From positions 1 through 64,000 of the forward strand of contig JBFMGO010000013.1 of NCBI GenBank assembly GCA_040752695.1: 64,000 nt of DNA. The letters run 5' to 3'. The stretch comes from a bacterium. GTDB lineage: Bacteria; SZUA-182; DTGQ01. Under the pieces are notes generated by a model. It was not told the DNA's origin and ran no database searches. It saw only the letters and a list, made by a program, of their open reading frames with translations. Shown piece by piece: positions 58,689 to 64,000 of the stretch. How positions within the stretch are numbered: position 1 is the first letter of the stretch; the number at the start of each line of letters is the position of its first letter. A program made the position numbers and the translations under genes.

Positions 58689-61433
58689 TTATACGTCTTT
58701 CCATACATGGAGCGGTTGTTTTACCCACTTGATGATTTTTTCTTTTAACATCCTCGGATTGACCGGCTTTGACAGGTAGTCATTCATGCCGGCAGCAATG
58801 ACCCGTGTTTCATCCTCTTTCATGGCATCGGCTGTCAGGGCGATAATGGGAAGATCGTGATTGCCGCTTGAGCGAATTCTACGAGTGGCTTCGAGTCCAT
58901 CCATAACAGGCATCTGAAGATCCATCAAGACCAGGTCATAGTGATGGAGTTTTAATTTCTCGATGGCCTCTTGCCCATTTAATGCCAGATCAACATCACA
59001 GCCCCAGTTTTTCAGGAGTATCTTGATAAGCTTCTGATTGACAACCATATCTTCGGCAACGAGAATCTTCAAGTCAAGGGCAGGTGAAGATGCATCGTTG
59101 GGGGGCTGACTTGCAGGTACTCCTTGTGCTTCCGGTTGTCCGCATCCCAATGCAGTCTGCATGACTCTCAGAAGGTCCGGCCTCATGATCGGCTTGGACA
59201 GGTAGGAATCAAACCCGGCTGTAATCAGCTTTCTGACGGCACCCGACCCTGAATCGGATGGCAGGGCAACGAGCTTTATTTTGTTGTACCTCTCCAGTTT
59301 TCTTATACTCCGGGCCAGCTCATAGCCATCCATATCCGGCATCATGATGTCGGAAAGGATGAGATCGGGCAACTCGCTCTGGCCGGACAACCGATCCAGG
59401 GCAGCCCGGGCGGAAGATGCTTTGGAGAGAACCACCATCTGGGCTTCCCGGCAAAAATTTTCCAGGATATAACGGGAATGCTCATTGTCATCGACGATAA
59501 ATACTTTTTTCCCCTGAAGGTGCGCCGCCGGGCAAGATGGCCGCAGGTCAACGCCGGGTGCGTGGACGGACTCCTGAAGTTTGAGGGTGATGATAAATTC
59601 ACTCCCCTTTCCTTCTTCGGATATGAGCCGGATTCCTCCACCCATCAGTTCAACGAGGGCCTTGGTGATGGCCAGTCCCAAACCGGTCCCCCCATATCTT
59701 CTGGTTGTAGAAGAATCGGCCTGAGTGAATGGACGGAATATGAGCTTTTGCTTATCCTTGGGAATGCCTATGCCGGTATCCCTCACCGATATTCGCAGGC
59801 TCTTTGTTGCATCATTCCCATATGTCCCGTTCTTCCCGTTGCATGTTTTGTTCGCTTCCTCATGACCTATACTCACTCCGATTTCACCCTCCTGGGTAAA
59901 TTTAATGGCATTACTCAAAAGGTTTAACAATATCTGTCTTATCCTGGTCGGGTCGCCGCGAAAGCTCTTGGGAGTATTTTCTTCAAACCGGCAATAGAGT
60001 TCCAGGCCGCTTCCCTTCAGCTTGGATTTTACAATCTTAAATACACTGCTTATTAAAGACTCAAGGTCGAAATCGACCTGCTCAAGCTCGATTTCTCCAG
60101 CCTCTATTTTGGAGATATCCAGGATATCGTTAATGAGGGATAAGAGCACTTCTCCGCTTTTGCGAATCGTGTCTACATAATCCTTCTGTAAATCATCCAG
60201 GGATGTGTTACTCAAAAGATCGGAAAAGCCGATAACCGCATTCATGGGAGTGCGTATTTCATGGGACATGTTAGCCAGAAATTCGCTCTTGGCCTGGCTG
60301 GAAATCTCCGCCTTCTCCTTGGCATATCTCAGCCCCTCGGTTTTTATGTAGTAACAGGCACCGGCAAAAAAAATGAAGCTCAGCAAGACCAGGATGATGA
60401 AAAGATTTCTTGCGTGCTTTTTGATGGAATCAGTAATTTCGTTATAATCCAATGTAACATCTATTGACCACGTACTATCGCCTATCATGACAGGTGCATA
60501 GGCCATCAATTTTTTTGCCACCCGCTTCCGGTTGCCATTCGGGCCATGCAGCGAAAGCCCTCCTTTGGAAAAGCTTTTCAGCATGGTTACCAAATCATCC
60601 CCGTCATCATCACCTGAGCGATCCTCACCCCCTCGCTCATGCAGGCGGAAGATGGCAACACCATCCTCTCCGCTGCCTGCTTTTTCTAAAATGGCCTTTG
60701 CCTCTAGCCAGTCCTCAGGCGGAATCATCTCTTCTCTTAAGGCTAAAATATTCCTGCCAATGTACTTAGAGTTGGGATGACTTACGATTATGCCGCGATC
60801 ATTGATGACCTGGACCACGGTATTGGGACACACCCTGATCTGATTGATGAGATTGTTTATTACATAGACATAGATTACGGCCCGAAGAATACCGATAAAC
60901 TTTTGCTCTTCAAAGACGGGAAGACACAGAGAGAAGGATTGAATCCCCTGTTCTTCTGGAAGCAGGTTACTGATATGGAGCTTGTGGCTGCTCAAAACGA
61001 ATTGCACATCCGGTTTCTGTGCAAGGCTCTTTCCAAGCTCATCCTTATTGAAAGGAATTGCACTCCGGACCGTTCCTTTGTCGTCAATCAGGTAGAGCAA
61101 ACGGACCCACCCTCTGAAATTTACGAAAGCGTATTCAAGAGGGGAATACGTATCGTGCGAGGAAGTGAAGTTCTTCTCCGGATCCTGTGAAATGCTCCTT
61201 TGAATGAAGGGATCTAAAGACAGGATTTCCAGCTCATCCTGAATGTGATTGATAATCGATTGGACGGTTTGTGCCTCTGATTTCGCAAGAGCCAGCAGAT
61301 GATGCTGGTTTATTTCGGTAATCGATCTTTCAAATTCCCCAGTATCCAACTGACCCATGTAAATAACACCGGCTATCATCATGAGTAAAGTGACAGCTAT
61401 CAGCCGGTATTTCCATGTACTTTTCCTATCCAT
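58689..61433 (-). CDS. Hybrid histidine kinase (periplasmic Cache-type sensor, HisKA, HATPase, two REC domains)
   Basis: Two TM segments flanking a Cache-like region (IVSHP, YAPV...WSI); [31 protein letters not shown] and DLQMP receivers. Confidence 0.93.
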   Translation of the reverse strand: MDRKSTWKYRLIAVTLLMMIAGVIYMGQLDTGEFERSITEINQHHLLALAKSEAQTVQSIINHIQDELEILSLDPFIQRSISQDPEKNFTSSHDTYSPLEYAFVNFRGWVRLLYLIDDKGTVRSAIPFNKDELGKSLAQKPDVQFVLSSHKLHISNLLPEEQGIQSFSLCLPVFEEQKFIGILRAVIYVYVINNLINQIRVCPNTVVQVINDRGIIVSHPNSKYIGRNILALREEMIPPEDWLEAKAILEKAGSGEDGVAIFRLHERGGEDRSGDDDGDDLVTMLKSFSKGGLSLHGPNGNRKRVAKKLMAYAPVMIGDSTWSIDVTLDYNEITDSIKKHARNLFIILVLLSFIFFAGACYYIKTEGLRYAKEKAEISSQAKSEFLANMSHEIRTPMNAVIGFSDLLSNTSLDDLQKDYVDTIRKSGEVLLSLINDILDISKIEAGEIELEQVDFDLESLISSVFKIVKSKLKGSGLELYCRFEENTPKSFRGDPTRIRQILLNLLSNAIKFTQEGEIGVSIGHEEANKTCNGKNGTYGNDATKSLRISVRDTGIGIPKDKQKLIFRPFTQADSSTTRRYGGTGLGLAITKALVELMGGGIRLISEEGKGSEFIITLKLQESVHAPGVDLRPSCPAAHLQGKKVFIVDDNEHSRYILENFCREAQMVVLSKASSARAALDRLSGQSELPDLILSDIMMPDMDGYELARSIRKLERYNKIKLVALPSDSGSGAVRKLITAGFDSYLSKPIMRPDLLRVMQTALGCGQPEAQGVPASQPPNDASSPALDLKILVAEDMVVNQKLIKILLKNWGCDVDLALNGQEAIEKLKLHHYDLVLMDLQMPVMDGLEATRRIRSSGNHDLPIIALTADAMKEDETRVIAAGMNDYLSKPVNPRMLKEKIIKWVKQPLHVWKDV

Positions 61434-61503
61434 GTATGGTCCTGGTCAGGAGAATTTCTCGTGCCTTCAATGTCGGGGTTCCTTTTGTTCCTTAACCCTG
61501 TCA

Positions 61504-62985
61504 TCAGCCGTTAACCATCTTTTGTAAACATTCGACCACTCTCTTATCCAACTTTCCGTCCTCTGCCTCTTTAAAGAGGATAGCGAAAGCTTTTTCTTTC
61601 GGCATTCCTTTGCGGTAGGGCCGATCCGTGAGCAGAGCGTCAAAAATATCAGCCACGCCCATTATCCTGCTGACCAGCGATATTTCCTCTCCTTTGATCC
61701 CATCGGGATAGCCGCTTCCATCGAGCTTTTCATGATGATGCCGGATAGCTTCAAGGGCAGGTCCGAGCGTTTTCTGGAGAGGCAAACATACCTTATAGCC
61801 AATATCTGCATGGCTTTTCATTATTTCCCACTCTCTTTTGTCCAAAGGACCCGGCTTATTCAAAATCTCACCGGGGATGGTGATCTTGCCGATATCATGC
61901 AGGATACCCCCAAGCCTGATAGCCCCGATTTCCCGTACAGACAGCCCCATTCTCCTTCCCAGGTCCACGGCCATGCTCGAAACCCGCTGAATATGCCCCT
62001 GGGTATAGGCATCCTTGGCTTCGACGATATTCGCCAGAGAGATCAGGACATTCTCTATGCTGGTCAGGTTACTGTTGAGTGCCTTGACTTTAAGCAGGGA
62101 TGAAGTCCTGGCCAGAAGCTCCATCCTGTTGACCGGTTTGTGGATAAAGTCATCTGCACCGGCTTCAATTCCCTTGATCTTGGCATCGATCTCATCCAGG
62201 GAAGTCAGCAGAATTACCGGAATCAGCCGCGTGGATTCACTCTCTTTCAAGCGGCGGCAGACCTCATAACCATCGAGGCCAGGCATTACGATGTCCATTA
62301 TAACCAGATCCATATCCACCTTATTGACTAAATAAAGGGCCTCTTCTCCCGAATAGGCCCGATAGACCTCATACTGTAAGGGAATCAGCATGTGCTCCAG
62401 AATCTTCAGGTTGAATTGCTGGTCATCAACTACCAGTACTTTTGGCTTCTGGATATCAGAAGGCGATTCTTCCTTTTTATAGAAGAAAAGCTTGTTTTTT
62501 CCTCTGATTTTGGCCTGGAACAACGCTTCCTGTGCCTTCGCGATCAGGCTCTGCTGATCGGTGGCATCAGAGGGAAAAGAAGCAATACCTACACTGACAG
62601 TCAGGCTTCCGCCATAGACTTCCGCTATGGAGCTCCTGATCCTTTCCATAGAAGAAAAGTGATTGTCGGATTTTATAAGAATAACAGCAAATCTGTCATT
62701 GACATATCTGGCCGCCAGATCGGACTGCCGGATATTCTCTTTGATCAGACCGGCTATTTCCCTGAGTGTGCGGTCCCCCTGCACCGGCCCATACTGTTTG
62801 TTATAATTGGCATAGGAATCAATATCGATGAAGGCCAGCGTGAGCGGGTCACCATACCGCTTCGATTTTCTTATTTCCCAATCCAGACATGCCAGGAAAA
62901 AACCGTGGTTGAATAATCCGGTCAGACTATCCATAAAAGGAGCGTGAGTTTCTCTCTCGTAGTCTGCCCCAAGCTGCTGATCCAT
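61504..62985 (-). CDS. Degenerate GGDEF - REC - HD-GYP protein (probable c-di-GMP phosphodiesterase)
   Basis: DSLTGLFN...ARYVNDRF...GKNK; VVDD...DIVMP; HDIGK, HHEKLDGSGYP, DALLTDRPYR. ATG 62985 has an SD; track start is 63027. Confidence 0.92.
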   Translation of the reverse strand: MDQQLGADYERETHAPFMDSLTGLFNHGFFLACLDWEIRKSKRYGDPLTLAFIDIDSYANYNKQYGPVQGDRTLREIAGLIKENIRQSDLAARYVNDRFAVILIKSDNHFSSMERIRSSIAEVYGGSLTVSVGIASFPSDATDQQSLIAKAQEALFQAKIRGKNKLFFYKKEESPSDIQKPKVLVVDDQQFNLKILEHMLIPLQYEVYRAYSGEEALYLVNKVDMDLVIMDIVMPGLDGYEVCRRLKESESTRLIPVILLTSLDEIDAKIKGIEAGADDFIHKPVNRMELLARTSSLLKVKALNSNLTSIENVLISLANIVEAKDAYTQGHIQRVSSMAVDLGRRMGLSVREIGAIRLGGILHDIGKITIPGEILNKPGPLDKREWEIMKSHADIGYKVCLPLQKTLGPALEAIRHHHEKLDGSGYPDGIKGEEISLVSRIMGVADIFDALLTDRPYRKGMPKEKAFAILFKEAEDGKLDKRVVECLQKMVNG

Positions 62986-63074
62986 GCCACCCTCCATAAA
63001 GTACAGGTGTCCCTTTTCTCTTTTCATCGGCGGGTATACGGAGAAACTTCAGAAGTGATTTTGGGTATAAACTG

Positions 63075-64000
63075 CTACGGCTGAAGGGAAATAACGATAA
63101 GATCATCGTCTCCGATAGTCCTGTCAAGGCCGCACGGCTGTTCAAAAAGCTGGTATACGGACCCGGCCAGTTCTGTCAGGCTGTCGTAGATGAGAAAATG
63201 CACGTGCTGGAAAGTGTTCCTGCCTGCCAGTTCAAGATCCGTACACAGATAGGTGGCTTCTGCCATACTGACATGACTGGGCGTACCCTGTCCGGCAGTA
63301 TTGTGATAGAGCCTGCAATTGAGGATAACGGGCTCGGAATCGGATGTCCAGTATATCCCCCCGCCGGCAAAGTCAGCGCTGTTCTCGGCTATGATGCAGC
63401 GGGTAATCGAGGCTGAGGATCGCTCACAGTATATCCCTGCGCCGTAAGGGGCACTGTTCCCCGATACCGTACAGTTTAAAATAGCGGGTGAGGAATTGAA
63501 GCAGTATATACCGGAGCCTCCAGAGCCTCCGGTGCCTCCGGAGCCAGGGGAACCGCTGCCGCTTCCGCCCACTGCCAGTCTCCTTTCCGGGAGGGTTACA
63601 TTTGTCCGTGCCGTATCAGAGAGTGTTCCCGCCATACATCCGGACATTGTTCCCGATGTCCGCAGCCTTTTCAACAAAAGGCTATTCAAATCGTGGGTGA
63701 TCGTCAATCCGTCAATCTCAGCCTGATTGGCATCGGTAAAGGCTATGACCGGCTGTGCGGGTCTGCCGATCAATATGACAGGATAAAGAGCCGGGTCCCT
63801 TTTGCTAAAATCGCTGTTCCATCCTCCCTCAAGCCTGATTCCATCGCGTATCGTGACCTGAGTATCGAAGTATGAGCCCGTAGCCAGCCGTATGGTATCT
63901 CCTTTGCCTGCATGGTCTATGGCATCTTCAATATTTGCATAGTGATATTCCAGGCCGCCGGGATGATCGGGATTTACGAAGAAGACCCGCTTGATGGTCA
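63075..64000 (-). CDS. Right-handed beta-helix (pectin-lyase-like) protein, 5' end outside the window
   Basis: The frame stays open to the window edge: ...YANIEDAIDHAGKGDTIRLATGSY...LEGGWNSDFSKRDP...IDGLTIT; GAGIYC and GGGIY...NC repeats. Confidence 0.85.
   Translation of the reverse strand, partial: TIKRVFFVNPDHPGGLEYHYANIEDAIDHAGKGDTIRLATGSYFDTQVTIRDGIRLEGGWNSDFSKRDPALYPVILIGRPAQPVIAFTDANQAEIDGLTITHDLNSLLLKRLRTSGTMSGCMAGTLSDTARTNVTLPERRLAVGGSGSGSPGSGGTGGSGGSGIYCFNSSPAILNCTVSGNSAPYGAGIYCERSSASITRCIIAENSADFAGGGIYWTSDSEPVILNCRLYHNTAGQGTPSHVSMAEATYLCTDLELAGRNTFQHVHFLIYDSLTELAGSVYQLFEQPCGLDRTIGDDDLIVISLQP

Noticed and set aside
63773..64000. Frameshift or pseudogene at the last ORF
   Set aside because: Manual translation shows the same frame open to the window edge, so the gene is simply cut off.

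Overview
Bacterial chromosomal window with about 40 CDS. I recognised no rRNA, tRNA, CRISPR array or intact transposase. The left 25 kb looks like one phosphate/polyphosphate and surface-protein locus. It holds an OprO/P-type porin, a secreted Gly/Trp/Tyr/Ser-rich repeat protein, a VTC-domain polyphosphate polymerase with a DUF4956 membrane protein, a SdiA-regulated propeller, lamin-tail (LTD) proteins, UPF0182, a Na/Pi cotransporter, two exported CotH-family kinases and an NtrC-type sigma54 activator. Four promoters in this locus share a non-canonical sigma54 site (TGGCAC-N5-TTG[A/G]) and a tandem palindromic enhancer (CGACC-N4-GGTCG type) at helically phased distances, which suggests a regulon. 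The middle holds a TonB receptor-YfiR-kinase signalling module, a 7TM hybrid kinase, purE-tsaC-tRNA nucleotidyltransferase and assorted enzymes. The right end has a GGDEF*-REC-HD-GYP / Cache kinase / solo PstS / Hpt operon and a beta-helix gene cut by the window edge. A MITE-like element sits at 41-249. Short tandem duplications at gene starts, gene stops and protein loops occur throughout. All family calls come from motif recognition by eye; no database searches were run.
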